From: Blepharisma stoltei ATCC 30299
Taxonomy: Eukaryota > Protista > Ciliophora
Reading direction: 5' to 3'
Assembly (NCBI GenBank): GCA_965603825.1
Contig: CBFDEM010000005.1
Location: forward strand, 372,001-436,000
DNA length: 64,000 bases
Under the pieces are notes generated by a model, which saw only the letters and a list, made by a program, of their open reading frames with translations, ran no database searches and was not told the DNA's origin. Positions 48,807 to 62,156 of this stretch are shown piece by piece (position 1 is the first letter of the stretch; each line of letters opens with the position of its first letter). The translations under genes were made by a program, and so were the position numbers.

Positions 48807-51800
48807 TTAATTAAGAAACCATGGCTGATTAATCTTTCTCTTATATTCTTCTATTCTACTCTTTAGCTCGAGATTTGGAATTAAATCATTCACTGAGATT
48901 GGCTTAAAATGCTTAGGATCTCTTCCTGTAGTTTTAATCACTTTTATTATTTCTTCTTTTTCGTATGTTATTCCAGTTATATGAACTTTTACAGGATTTT
49001 CCATAATTTTCTTAGTAATTGGATCAAGAAATTCAATAGGAGCCCCTTGGCTAATCAAATTATTTGGTAGTAAGTTTTTTATCATTTCTTTAATAGACTT
49101 CGATGCATATAATCTTGTGTATTCCTTAGCCCTTTCATTATAATTTAGAATGTTATCTCTATACACTGCAGCTTTGTTTGCATCTAAAGGATCTAAAGGC
49201 TCAGGAATCATAAGTAGACCATAAATGCAGCTTAATAGTTGTTTAATATGAGTATCAACAGTATAAAACTGGTCTAAAATGGAATGACAAATCCTACCAT
49301 TCTCATTAACATTGCAGTGATAAATTGGGGTAATAAATCTTATCTCAGGACACTTAAAGGGGTAATTTTTTCCAAATCTTAAATAGAGATGAAAGGTGCC
49401 ATTTTGATAGGGGGTTAATTTGGGACCTTTTATAAAAATATTCCAAAATGTGTCATCCTGCTCACATGGGAATACAAATATATATTTATGAGGGTTTTCA
49501 TTTAGAATATGCAATTCTTTCATTATCCTTTTATATCTGCTTGCTGTTGAAGTATTTTGCCAAACTGGACAAGAAACAGAAACTCTATCAATGGTTCTTT
49601 GAGAGCTCTCTAGACTGAGATCTATTTGGTAAGGCTTTTTCATAATGGGAGCTTTTGATGAAAAGTTTTGCACTTTTAATTCTTCAAAGCGTTGAGAGTT
49701 TAATTCGAGTTTTGAAGATACATTTTCTCTGCATTTTACTGATAAAAATGTTTCTGATTCAAACAGCTTTATTCCTTCTTGATGACTACTTGGTAGAAAA
49801 ATATATCCTCCAGTAGCCAAACAAAGAGCTTTTAATTCATTTGATAACTCTCCAACTACAACTGCATCAGCTATTATTTTATTGCTAATGAGTAGCTTGG
49901 CAGTTTCCAGTGGTTTATTTTGAGAGCAAGTATCTTCACCATCACTCAGACAAAGAATTCTCAACAAAATCTCTGGATATTTCTGCTTTAGAGGTAATAA
50001 GGCATTTACTGCAATATGAAAAGAATCCCATAACTTCGTTGTGCCTTTAGGATTTAAAATTTTGGTCTGATTTACAAACGTTATTATATTCTCAGTAAAA
50101 TTTGAAATTTTTTGTACATCAGAATTAAACACATAAAGTGAAACAATATTTTTCAAATCATAGCCTATTGTCCTATCAGAAAAAGATTCAAAAAATTGCT
50201 TTATTGCGTCAACTCTCTTAAATTTATCCTTGCTCCCAAAATACTGATTATCCATTGAAGAACTATTATCAAATAGCACAGCAATCGCCTCTTCTGGTGT
50301 CCGCGTAATTAATTCTTTTTGTTCTTCCTCAACGATATTTATTTCCAATTGGCTTGCAAGCTCTGAAACATCAACATCTTCGCATGATTTGTCAATTACA
50401 TTCATTAGTGTTATTTTATTCGGCTTACATTCTGTAAGTCCAAGATTTACGCAGATATCTTTTGATTTGTTCAATGTGAGATGGTTTTTGAATTCAGAAG
50501 ATTTCAGAGATAATGGAGCAATGAATTTAAGCAAGGGGTGATTATTTCTTAATTGCGTTCATTGCTTATAGGTTAATTCTGAAGTGAAAGCTTGCAACTG
50601 CAATAATACACTATTATTTTTTGGATTAAAAGTACCAATCCACTGATCAGCAGATGTTTTGCTGCTTAAGGAAGCTCTTTTTGTAATATACTTAAAACTA
50701 TCGTCTATTGCTAGATCTCCAATATTCAAAATTTTCCCTACATTTGGGATTTCTTGATCTAAATTGATGTATTGAATGACACTGTTATAATCATAAAAGC
50801 TGCAGTTTCCATCTTGTTTTTTTAATTTCACAGGCTCGCCTATATCATTAAGTGAAAGTGGACATATAGCATTCATAATCTCATATTTTTCTTCACCTGC
50901 TACTTGATCTTCCACAGCTCCACTAATTTCAAATAAAACTCCTAAAATTTCTAAAGAATGTTCAAAAAGCTTAGCATCAGAAATATTTATATTGAAAAGA
51001 TTCTGAGATAAACTTTTGATGAGTAATATGAATCCTTCCTCTAAAGCTATTGAGTTAAGAACGCTCATAGATCTATTCTTTTGCAACTCATATAAAGATT
51101 GGATTAATGGAGAGCAATTATTACTTAAGTGCCGAATGCAAGACAATAGTTGCTGATAATTTATTTTTTGCAGTTCTACTTTAGAAAAAGCATACAAAAA
51201 TGAATGAAGAGTTCTTCTTCCGGCTACAGTTTGTGGGATAGATTGTGCTTGCATTGCTTTGTAAGAGCCTTCGGTATTACCAACTTCATAAATAAAATAA
51301 TTCAAAATATCTCCTGGCTTTATATAATAGCTACTCAATATTTTATTGTCTTCAAACAGTGAGTCGTTTTTATCTGTTATTTTTAAGTTGAAAGTTGGTA
51401 TGCTAAGAAGATTATACATTTTCTGCTTCAAATTTAAAAAAGTATTTTTCTTTAAGTTAACCTTTATGGCCCAAGTTTTAGACTCATCCGTATCATGTTT
51501 TAAAAAAATTGTATCGTCTCCATCATTATGATTAATTGGAGGTTCTATTTTATGATCAAAATCTGGGATAATAAATCCACATATTTTTTCTTTATCTTTT
51601 AGCACCTCGTCACAACTAGTAAAGTGCATTTGGTATAGGGATCCAACTAGGGGATAGCCATTTTCACTATAAAATGCACATATTAAACCAGGATTCTTAG
51701 CTTGGTGATAATTAAGGACCATTTTTGACAATTCTAATAATTTTGCCTTATGCTCGATTTTGAATGATATAAAATCTGATGGTCTTGAGGAGTTAAAAAT

Positions 51801-52190
51801 CCTGCATTGGATTGTGTATTTTATAGTTGGAGTTTGTATCTCTGATAAGCTCAATGAGATTTCTGATCCTGGAGAAGAAAGCACAGAAAAGCTGTCTGAT
51901 GAATCGGATCTCGAATATGATGCCATAGTGTTCCTTTCAAAAGAAACAGAAAAGCTGAGCTCTGATTTTCCTGATAAGGTTGCACGATTTATAATAGTGC
52001 TGTAAGTTTTCTCGTCTATGATTTTCACTATTCGGCCATCTCGATCATACATAATACTGAATTGCCATGAATCGGCATTCGTTTGTCCCGAAATAAGTTT
52101 TATGAGCTCGTGATATGTTTTTGGAGCAACAATGCATAGAGTAGTATTTTCAGGAATAGAGATCAATAGATCTATACTATTCTCAGCCAT
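48807..52190 (-). CDS. Multidomain ubiquitination protein: ubiquitin-like + vWA + UBC (E2) + U-box (~1130 aa)
   Basis: Two long ORFs join through the TGA at 50559; vWA DNSSSM..T.LWDS..LSDGED; UBC RIMKEL..TPY..G.F..YPF..PEIRF.TPIYHCNV...GRICHSIL; U-box EFLDPITKKIMENPV. Start may be 52190 or 52202. Confidence 0.87.
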
Positions 52191-52328
52191 TTTATTTACC
52201 ATTGATTTTTGAGGGAAAAAATAAAAATATGGTAATATCATCCAACAAAATCGAGAAATATCACTAATGAAATCATGCATGAAAATACATTAAGGCATTA
52301 GCGATTGTTGCTTATATTAATTTTAAAA

Positions 52329-53918
52329 TTATTCTTCATATTCCTCTCCTGATCCATCCACTCTGCAAATGGCCAAATGCGCTTCATAGCATTTCAAATG
52401 GCACGGTTTATTACACACTTTGCATTTATATTCTGTCCGGTTATAGCTTCCGCTGCAATGTGCGCATTTTCTATGATAGTTCATTTTTTCCATAGGCTCT
52501 TCGGTCTGAGGCCTATCTTTTCCAGAATTATATCTTATCAAATCCAACCCCAAAGATTTTTTAAATGTATCAAGCCGGTTTCTCTTTGTCTTTTTTAGTC
52601 CTGTAAATTGATTATAAATAATGAAAGAGTTTATTATTGCTGCTTGGACTAAAAAATTGAATATAGATTTTCATACCCTACCAGAGAATTTTTCAGTACT
52701 TGAGATATACTTATTGAATTCAATGGCCCCGTCTTTGAATTTTTCATATTTTTCTGCCAATTTAGGCCTGCAAAGAGTTTCTGGAGCTCTGTCTGATCTT
52801 TGCTTGGTTTTTACTGTATTGCTTACAGATTCCCTATTAGAAATGAAATGCATAGGTCTTTTATCAGTCCATGCACAATACAAAATGTCTCTGCAGGAAT
52901 AATATTTAGGGATCGAACTTCGCTTAGTTTTGGGGGGTAAGCATCCTTCATTTCTGTCTATTTTTGCAGTAAAATTAATTCCTAAATCATTAAGAATCAT
53001 TGCAAGTTGAACACTTGAATGGCGCTTGCCGAAATAAAGATGGCAATCTCTGCTTTCCAATCCATCAACTAAATTTAAAATGGTGTTTTTTCCTAAATTA
53101 TTTTCAATTTCTGTATATGATCCTCTCACAAATGCAAAATTCCATAAATAGCTTAACGAGCAATCATATACGCCAAATATTTTTGTGTGGATACCTCTTG
53201 GCTTATCTTTATAAGGAATGGGGACTTCTTTAATGCAAACTCTTTTTCCTGGGTGAACGTTTTTTTGAAAATTCGTTCTTATTTTATTAGCGATTGGCAG
53301 CAAGTTCTCAATACATTGATTTGGGCAGTTACTACAAGAAAGATGAAGCATGTCATACAAAGCATCAAATCTGTCTTTTGGCATTGCTGATGAAATTACT
53401 TTATTTCCATATAAATCGCTTGAAGACCAATAATCATTCATATAAGGGATTCTTACAAGTCCTATTAAAATTCAGATACCTATAAAAGTTTCCATTTCGG
53501 TTGGGGATATTCTTTCTTCCATTGCTTTGGATTTTTTATAGCAAACATTATAATTCCTCCTCATAAAATCTGAGTAAGTTACTGTATAATTTATAAGGAG
53601 ATTAATAACTTTTGAGTCAAAAAACTTACGAAATAGGTTAATAGGATTGGGGTCTTCGTTATGGCTTGGTGGATTTATCATGATTTTTGCAGACCTTTTG
53701 TGAATGGATTTTAATTTTTGGAAATTGGTAGTTTCTTTCCAATTAACAGCAGGGTCTGAGTTCTGAGACTGGTCTTTTTCGGTTGTTTTTTGGTGCTTTT
53801 TGGGCTTGCTTGATAGCTCCATGCCAAGCTCATCTATTATGGGGTTATCGCATGGCTCTTCTATTGGGGCTGAATCCTCTACAGCAAAATCAATTTGCTC
53901 CATATCATTTGATTTCAT
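52329..53918 (-). CDS. Domesticated PiggyBac transposase-derived protein with C-terminal Cys-rich domain, catalytic triad lost (529 aa)
   Basis: Joined through TGAs at 53472 and 52671; LFRKFF..INYT..Y, EMETFIGI[W]ILIGLV..DYWS, MPKDRF..LH, WTDKRPMHFIS, RP....Y, W..IF.FL....INSFIIY; CxxC-CxxC-CHxxC-H tail; no TIRs seen. Confidence 0.87.
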
Positions 53919-54055
53919 ATTATTTATTAAAAATTAGGTAGAATTGAGACCCATTTATATGGAATTTATTCACTCTGATGATGCCCCCAAATTTATTATT
54001 TTAAAGTTATAATTTGATTTATTTTAAAATTATAATTTGATTATATTATAAAGAA

Positions 54056-54931
54056 ATGAAAAGCAGAAACAGTTACAAAGAATCTATCAGTGATGAGCAA
54101 ATATTAAATCAATCACCCAAAATCAAAATTCTTCAAAAAGAAGTTGAAATTCTTGCAGATAATTATCACGTTCTATACATGAGTGAATTTCGAAGCTTAG
54201 GAACAATCAATATCTGAACCCATAAAAATTCATTAAAAAAACTAAGGCTGCCAGAAAAAGCTGCAAATCGCTTTACAGCTATTTGTCGAATTCCAGGAAA
54301 TAAGATATTCTGCTATGGAGGTGTAAAATTCGATGGATCATGATCTGGGATGACATTCACTATCGATTCAAATAATGAAATTGAAATTTTTGAGTCTGGG
54401 AATCCATGCATTCAGGCATGCTGTATTTATTTTGACGGTTGTGTTTACACCATTGGAGGTCTCACCAACCAATTTAAGAGATTTAATCTATCTCTAAAAA
54501 TGTGACAAAAAAGAGTAGAATGCCATTCCCAACGCTTCTCTACAGGAGGACAAATTCAAGGATTCATTATTTATTCTAATTTAGAAGATGGTATAAATAT
54601 TTATGATCCATATGCAAATACCCACCAAACAGTGCTATCTCTTCCTCATAGCTGAAAAAATGTGTTTGTTGGGAGTAATAATAGAACTTATTGTTTCCAA
54701 TTTTATGAGAGTATCTATGAAAGTGGTTTTAATAATGTTTTTAAATGGAATAATATTGGAAAATGCAATTTGGTTTTAAAAGATATTTTTGGATGTCCTA
54801 CTAATTTCTGCAATAAAATATATTTTTTAAATGGAGATGATGTTTGTGAATTTGACTTAGGTAAAAAGCAAATTAAAGTTAGTTTTAGTTTCACATGGCT
54901 TGGGGCCTATTCAGAATGCTGCACATTTTAA
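54056..54931 (+). CDS. Kelch-like beta-propeller protein (291 aa), related to the propeller of the duplicated genes
   Basis: Open from ATG 54056 with TGA=W; ICRIPGNKIFCYGG..CIYFDGCVYTIGG..FNL...W resembles ITQLPNGKLFCYG..CIYFNNSVYCFGG in the 10-16 kb paralogs. Confidence 0.78.
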
Positions 54932-55039
54932 TAGTTTTGCAAATTAAAATCTTTGATTTTGAATATTAAATTTTTCTTCAATTAAAAAAAATATTTATGA
55001 GAGATAATACAGCATAAAATTATAAGAAAGCAATATGAT

Positions 55040-55107
55040 CCAAACTATTTTTCTATTTTTAAATTAAATTTAGCCAAACTATTTTTCTATTTTTAAATTA
55101 AATTTAG
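55040..55107. repeat. Perfect 34-bp direct tandem repeat, 2 copies
   Basis: CCAAACTATTTTTCTATTTTTAAATTAAATTTAG at 55040-55073 and 55074-55107. Confidence 0.95.
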
Positions 55108-55540
55108 TCCCCAATGTTTATTTTGGCTTATCTGTAATTGCTAAGAGAACTAAGTGCATTGACCCTGCAATTGAAGATATAAATTATAAAGATTCAATAT
55201 CTAGAGGAAGTTCAGTTTACGAGAAAAGCCAATTTTATTATGGTGAATAAAACCCAATGAAAAAATTATAAATATGTTTCAATATTTTATAGAAATAGTT
55301 GACACTTTTAATTTTGATATAATGATTCATTAATTTCATTACCATCTAAGTTAAATACTTAAATTAAATTACCTTATATGACTTATACAGCAATTTACCA
55401 AATGAACAAAATTGTAAAATCAAAAATTCCCTAAGAAAGCTAACTTAATTTTGCTTTTGCTTGAAATATGCGAGGGAAAATTCCTATGAAAAATAAGCAC
55501 GCAATTATACTGCCTTTCTTTTCTTAAAATTCACAAATAA

Positions 55541-56116
55541 ATGGAATCAGAAGAGTTTGACGAGTCTACATCTATCCCTGACAATTATATCTGCCCAATA
55601 ACCCAAGAGATTATGATAAATCCCGTTGTTGCAGCTGATGGGCATAGCTATGAGAAAGAAGCTATTTTAAAATGATTCAAAACAGGCCACCTCACAAGTC
55701 CATTAACAAATGAAAAATTAAGTTCTTTTTCAGTCATTGATAACTTCAGATTGAAAGCAATTATAAAGGATTTCAAAGAAAGCCTATCTGAAGTTCAAAG
55801 ACAAAAACAGTTAAAAATTGAAGAAGAAAGAGCAATGAAAGAAAAAGAAGAAGCTTATAAAGTAAATTTAGAAAAAATTCAAGAAGAAAATAAGGCAAAT
55901 TTGGAATTTTTAGAAGAAGAAAAGGAAAAAGTTAAAAAACTTAAAGAAAATGTTGAGCAAATGGAGAGAGAAGCAGAAAAGCTGCAAGAAAAGGTTGAAG
56001 AGATGAATTTAGAAAGAAAAATTAGTTATGAAGATAAAATTATTGAATACATAGCAAATAATCTGAGTTTTGAGCTAGCGTTTTCGATAAGGCAAAGTCT
56101 GAGATATATTTATTAA
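55541..56116 (+). CDS. U-box + coiled-coil protein (191 aa)
   Basis: From ATG 55541: [33 protein letters not shown][W]F...TSPLTN. Confidence 0.9.
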
Positions 56117-57353
56117 TATAATTGTAGCAATAAGCTTAAATTTTTAAATACTCAATCTTGTTTTCTTCATATTTTGCATCGCATTAATTATTTATAGCAT
56201 TTCTTATCAAAAAACCATTCAAAAGAATCACGATGGTAAATAGATGGCAATGTAATGTTTGAGAATCTATTCTCGATTAAATTTCCTATCAAATTCTAAT
56301 AACGAATCTTAATTTTTTTTTAATTGAATAGTCACAGTTTTAGATAATTTTTTAGCCCAACTGCATTCTAGCTATCTAGTTTCATATTAATCGTCACATC
56401 TTTCAATTCATTACTGTGTGCACCAATCTTTATTATTTATATTCTAATATGTATGGATTAGATTTTATTTGTATAGCATATTTGGCATCAAAGGTATAGA
56501 AAATTAATTTATATAAAAATTCGAATTTAATGCAAAAATTTATTCTAAATCTTATTTTTGATGTATATATTTGAAAATAATTATTTCTTCAAGAGGTTAA
56601 TGAATTTTTTCTCTAATTTGTGACATTATTTTATTAGCGATCCCTGCTTTTCTCCAATATTTTTAAGAGAATTCATATCTAAATGTACGTAGGTCATGCT
56701 ATTTAATATTAAAAAGATTGGATAAAATAAACAGGAGTGGGGTTAACTTAGGTGGTAAAACCACCAAAAGCCTTATAATCTTTTTTATTCTTCTCTTTCA
56801 ATTTTCGGGCATTTTTTCCTACTTTTCTTCTCATTGAGCATCACTTTATTTTTATCTAGCACAAGTCCTTGCTGCTCAACTGCCCACAAAAATAGCTCAT
56901 CATGTTCGTAACTTTCCTACTCATCACCTATTTCTCTTCCCAAGTTTTCGATAAATGCTATCTCAGCTTCTTCCTCCAGCTCCACCATGAGAATTTTATC
57001 TTCCCACATCTCCACCAGCCATCATATTATCCAAATCTTCTTCAAATCATGATTGTCACTATAAGAATCATATTCTCCACAAGAGTCAAAGCAGCTTATA
57101 TAATCGTAAAACTCCATAGTGGCGATAAAATAAAAGTTGGATAAGATAAACAAATGCAAGAATTTCAAATTTTACAAAAATAAAATTATCTATTTTATCT
57201 TATTAAACCTTATTTAAATCCATTTTTACCACAATCATCTAATAAAATCACGAAGAAACCCATTAGCTATTAAAGTCCCTGCCCTCAAGTATCCTCATTA
57301 CAAAAAAATAATTTTATTATAACCTTCTAATTTTTTTGAGTATATTAATCAAA

Positions 57354-60300
57354 ATGGAAAGCATCGAATCTGAGAACGAGGAAGACATATCCAAACCTAA
57401 AGTCGAAAAATTGAACTTCTTCCAACGAACATGGCAAGATTTAAAAGCTGCTCTTATGGGAACTCTATTTGTTATGGCAAACGACAGCCAAGCTTCATTC
57501 AAAATGAATGTTTTCGCAATGTTTATTGATTCATTTCAGCTGATGGCATTTCCTTTCAATGACCGTATTCAGTTTCCTTGAAATAAACAGTACTCGTCGT
57601 TTGTCTTTTTAGCATGCTGATTTATGGAAATGGAATTTTATATATCAGACTCCAGTGCCCTACAAAATTTAACTATTTATTTATGCCTTGTGTTTTTTGT
57701 TATTGTAAATTTAATGAATTTTGCTATAGTTGGATACAGATTTATAAACAAAAAAGTACAAAATGTATTTTTACTAAAAACTTTAAGGTCGGTTTCTTCG
57801 CTTTTGACAACCTCTTTGTATATGCCTTTTTTAAGCATTTTTATTACCATTTTAGGATGCGCTGTACGCTTAGACGACATGGATGGGTGCCCAAAAGACC
57901 AAAGCTGACTACTGATCATTTCTTCAATTGTATTTTCAATCGTTCTAGGAGTAATGAGCTTGATTGTCGCTGCAAGCTATTATGAATTAGAATACACAAG
58001 CGACGACATAGTAGCGAGGCCTCACGCAAGGGTTGAGTTGGCATTTTTTGTAATTAAAGGAATCATTACTTTTTTTACCACAATGTTTTTTAAGCCTGAA
58101 TTCTGGGTGATGCTCTATTTTATCCAGCTTTTTTGTGGAGTTACAATGACTTATTTATATATGTTTTATTTGCCTTATTATGACTATAGGACAAATAAAC
58201 TGCAGACACAGTTTTTGGGCATATTCACTTGGTCAGCAATTTGTCTAACTTTCCCACTTTTTATAACCGGCGAAGAAGATCCTGTAGGTATTACACTGTT
58301 TTATATCGGATGCCCTTTAGCATGAATTTTTGTAGGGGAAGGCTGCAATATGCGAAGGGAAGTGCTGCTGAAGAAGACAATAGACACTGTTAAAAATCCT
58401 TATGAAGTAGAGCTTCATACAAGATTTTTGCTAATAAAAAGAGCTGGAACATATAAGACTGATGATGCAGAGCTATTAGATGAAATCGAGGATTTCTATT
58501 ACCAGGCTGAAAGAAAGTTCCCAAGGTCAAGTATTTTAAAAATCTTTGTAGCTCAATTTCAGTTGACTTACAAAAGCCGACAAGAAGCAATTTCAAAGCT
58601 GGATCAAGCCGAAAAAAGAAATCCAAAGCTTGATGAGCAGTTTATTATATATAAAACTCGGCAGAACGTAGGACAAGATGCAATTACTATGGTCACATTT
58701 GACAGTTATTTAGAATCTGCCCATCTTGCTGAGGTCCAGGTGTTAAAGGCTCAAACAGAATTTTGGATGAAGCTGAGTGAGAGTAAAGCCCCTGTCTTTG
58801 ACAACTTGACATCATTGTCAAAAATAATAACAAAGAACCTCGACAAAGCTTACACTTACTACCAATATTTAATGAAAGTCGACAGAACGCACCAAAAAAT
58901 GCTCCCAATGTATGTGTATTTTTTGCAGGACTTGATGAACAGAGACGACTTTGAAGTGCAAAACTTACGTAACAGAATTCATGATTTTAGGTCCCAAAAT
59001 TCAATCGTAGCCGTAGTGAAAAAGGTTGAAATCGGAAACCCTGAAGTTATCATATCCAGCAATGATAATTCACTTGGGCGAATAGATAGAGTGAACAATA
59101 GTCTGCTTTCCTGGCTGCAATATCCAAAATCTGAATTAATGAACCAAAATATTTCAAAGTTGATGCCGAAACCATTTGGGAGCAATTTTTTGCGCAAAAT
59201 CACAATGTGAAAAAATTTCTGGGAAGAGTCTTACGACATTGCCCCAGAAACTTTGTACTTTGTTGATAAAACTGGATTTATCGACTCAGGAATGTGCAAA
59301 TTTATAGTTAATAATGATAAATTTAAGACAAAAAATCAGGACACATATAAATCAGACGATTTTCCTATGATAAGTAATGGGAATTTACTTGGAAACGCGA
59401 CTCCATCAGGAAATAACCCTTCAGATGTTTCCTCAAATCACCAGTGGCCATTAACTGGAGACTCTGAAAACAAAATAATCTGCGACATAACTATAAGTGA
59501 TGAAGAAATAAGCATCATTATCCTCAATTCAGACTTTAAATTAGTTCATTTTAATAAGCAAGCACACCTATACTTTGGCGTTCTTCCAAGTTTGCATGTG
59601 AATAAAGACATAGGAGCAATAATAACGAATTTTAAAGATATTTTCGAAAAAGCCAAGCTGAAAATAAAGTTCAGGTCAATTGAACGTTTGGATTTTGATC
59701 CTTTCAACGCTTATGTCTTAACTCCTAGTGGCCGATATATCAGGTTTACTTTCAACATCTCTGAGCGCGCAATAGAGAAAAAAACGTTTTATATAGTAAA
59801 CATTGAGAACGCGCCTTCGTATTCAAAGTCAACTGCGCTATTTTTGGCACATTTTTCAAAGGTCTTAGAATCGTTCCTAGGAAGAAGACATACATTTTAT
59901 TTAACAGGAGGCTCAAATCAAGAAAGAATGGAAAATGGCTTAAAACGTACCAAAAAAACATTAACGTACCTTAAGAAGCACGTTGAAGAAAAAAATAAAT
60001 CCTTTTCTCCTTTACTTTCCAAGCTTAATCGAGTATTTCTTGTTTTTAATATCTGCATGGTTTCTCTAATTACTGCGAGTTTTTTCGTCACGAAATCTAC
60101 ATTCAATCAAATACAAAGCGACTTAGACTACATGGGAGACCTGACAGATATCCAAAATTATAGCATTTTACTATCTTTTTTTGTGAGGCTACTTGATGCT
60201 TCACATAGCGACCTTAAAATGCCTGAAACCAGAGAGTCCATACTTCAGCAATTGGATTATGCTGCTTTAAATTTAAGTTCATTAGCCACAAAAATGGGGA

Positions 60301-61823
60301 GGCACCTAGACTTTGAATGGCTGCAGAACTCAGATGTGGACTGTTTAGCATATGATCCTGAGAAAGGATACTACAGCAATGATTTTAACCCAATAAACAG
60401 CTTGCTTCAGCAGATAACTTATACAAAGAACCTTATAAAATCAAATTCAACTGCATGGGACGTAGAGCATGAGCCTGCTGCTTATTGGGTTTTTGAAAAT
60501 GGGATGAATTCCATTGCAGACGTTCTGACTCACTTATCAAACGAGCATCATGACCAAGCTTATACTGATCGACAAAATACTTTACTGTCAGGCATTTGAT
60601 TTGTTTTATCAGAAGTTCTATTAGTGTTTCTTTTATTATTTTTCTCAGTTCCTTTGTTCATAAAATCTGAGCAGATCCATTTGGAAGTCATTGGAGCATT
60701 TTTCAGTATAAATCAAGCACTGGTTTCATATCTAAAAGAAGACTCCCTGAATAAACTATCTATGAGAAAAGATGCGAAATATCCAGACTGTAGAGGACAA
60801 TATAGAGGAGGTGAAGAGCTGTGGAATGAAATATTTTTTTCTGATAAAAATCCAGAGTCAGGATCATTTACTCATAAAAGAAGCAACTTGATTTCTTACA
60901 ACAGAAAATGGGTTTCCAGGCTGAAACTGTTTGTGTCTAATGGTCTTATGAGGACAGTTTTGATTTTTAGTTTAATTTCATTATTCTTCGTACTAGTTGT
61001 TCAGCTTTGAATTGGAGAAATGGTGCCAGTTGGACTATTAGAGCATAGTGTAAGAATTGTAAAATATTTCGGCACAATGGAAGTTCTTCTAACAAGATCC
61101 AATTTATTTTTATTAAATACAATAATGTCGACTAACAAAGGATATAGCGATATCATAGAAATTGATGGGGTTTTAGCTAATGCATATTTATCGATCGATT
61201 ATTCGTCAAATGAGGTTATGAATAGGACTGAAGAAATAAGAAACTATGTAGAAGTACTCCTTGTCGGGAACAGCTCAATGGAATTAACGTATGACGAAAT
61301 TTATACGTTATCCAAAGATCAATTTTATAATGAGTTTTTTTCAGAAAGTTGTGAAGCTTTGATACCCGGGATTAATTGCTCAGACTTACAAAATGTGCTG
61401 GATTCGGGGTATAAGGACTCTGTTATGTCTTTTATATTTGAAACGCAAGCATTAGCTAAGAAAACGTATGTGGATCTTATTGATAAAACAGTTAAGGAGA
61501 GGTGGAATGCTCTAGATACTGATTTGCTGAATAACATTGAGCTTGAGTATAAATATCTTTGACTTATGGGGCAAGGAGTTAAAGAAAACGTTTTGGATTA
61601 TTTTCATTGAATTTCTGAATTTTATTATTTAGTGAGAGAATATATTTTAGTTATTTGATGAATAGTCGCAGTTTTATACTATCTTCTTATGTTTAGGAGG
61701 GCCTTGATGAACCAAGAAAAAAAGAGGCGACTATCCAGATCTATGCTCTTACTTTTACCTGAAAAAATTATCGTCAGATCTCAAGAAGTCCAAGAATACT
61801 TATATCATATAAATTTGGATTAA
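57354..61823 (+). CDS. TmcB/TmcC-like multipass membrane protein with PAS domain(s) (~1490 aa)
   Basis: Many ORF pieces join in one frame via TGA=W; N-terminal TM block with YLPYY, LDEQFIIY helical region, PAS (LGRI..VN......Y...ELMNQNISKLMPKPF), C-terminal RSMLLLLP. Confidence 0.82.
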
Positions 61824-62156
61824 TGTAGTTGTTTATAATTTATGCAGATCTAATTCATTTTTAAGTTTAATAAATGCATTTTTCAAAGTTTTTAATTTAA
61901 TTTTCGAATTGCAAAGCAATGATCCAACCAGGAACTCACTGTATAAAAAGTTTTTAAATTATCTTATTGCTATTATTTTATTGTTTTCTCGGCCTCTTTC
62001 TAATATTTAGTTCAAAATGGCAGAAATTTTAAGTTGCTGATTTTTTTTTTCTTTGATATAACTTCATATAGCTAGAAGGCACTTGAATTTATTTATCGTG
62101 TTTTTTTAATTAAAGTTCTTTATTTAATGCAGCATTATTATAAGTTATAAATATCC

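Noticed and set aside
52200-54050. Active PiggyBac transposon
   Set aside because: No TTAA-CCC...GGG-TTAA termini flank the gene and the DDD triad is missing.
56700-57144. Possible small gene in a purine/pyrimidine-skewed spacer (minus-strand ATG at 57117; + strand ORF 56902-57144)
   Set aside because: Frames are short, close early with TAG/TAA and show no motif; could be a relic but cannot be supported.
57590-57612. GT...AG intron candidate in the TmcB-like gene
   Set aside because: It is 23 nt, outside the local size class, and removing it would break an already open frame.
809-61823. Fragmented ORFs as pseudogenes or selenoproteins
   Set aside because: Breaks are in-frame TGAs at Trp positions in essential genes; recoding explains them.
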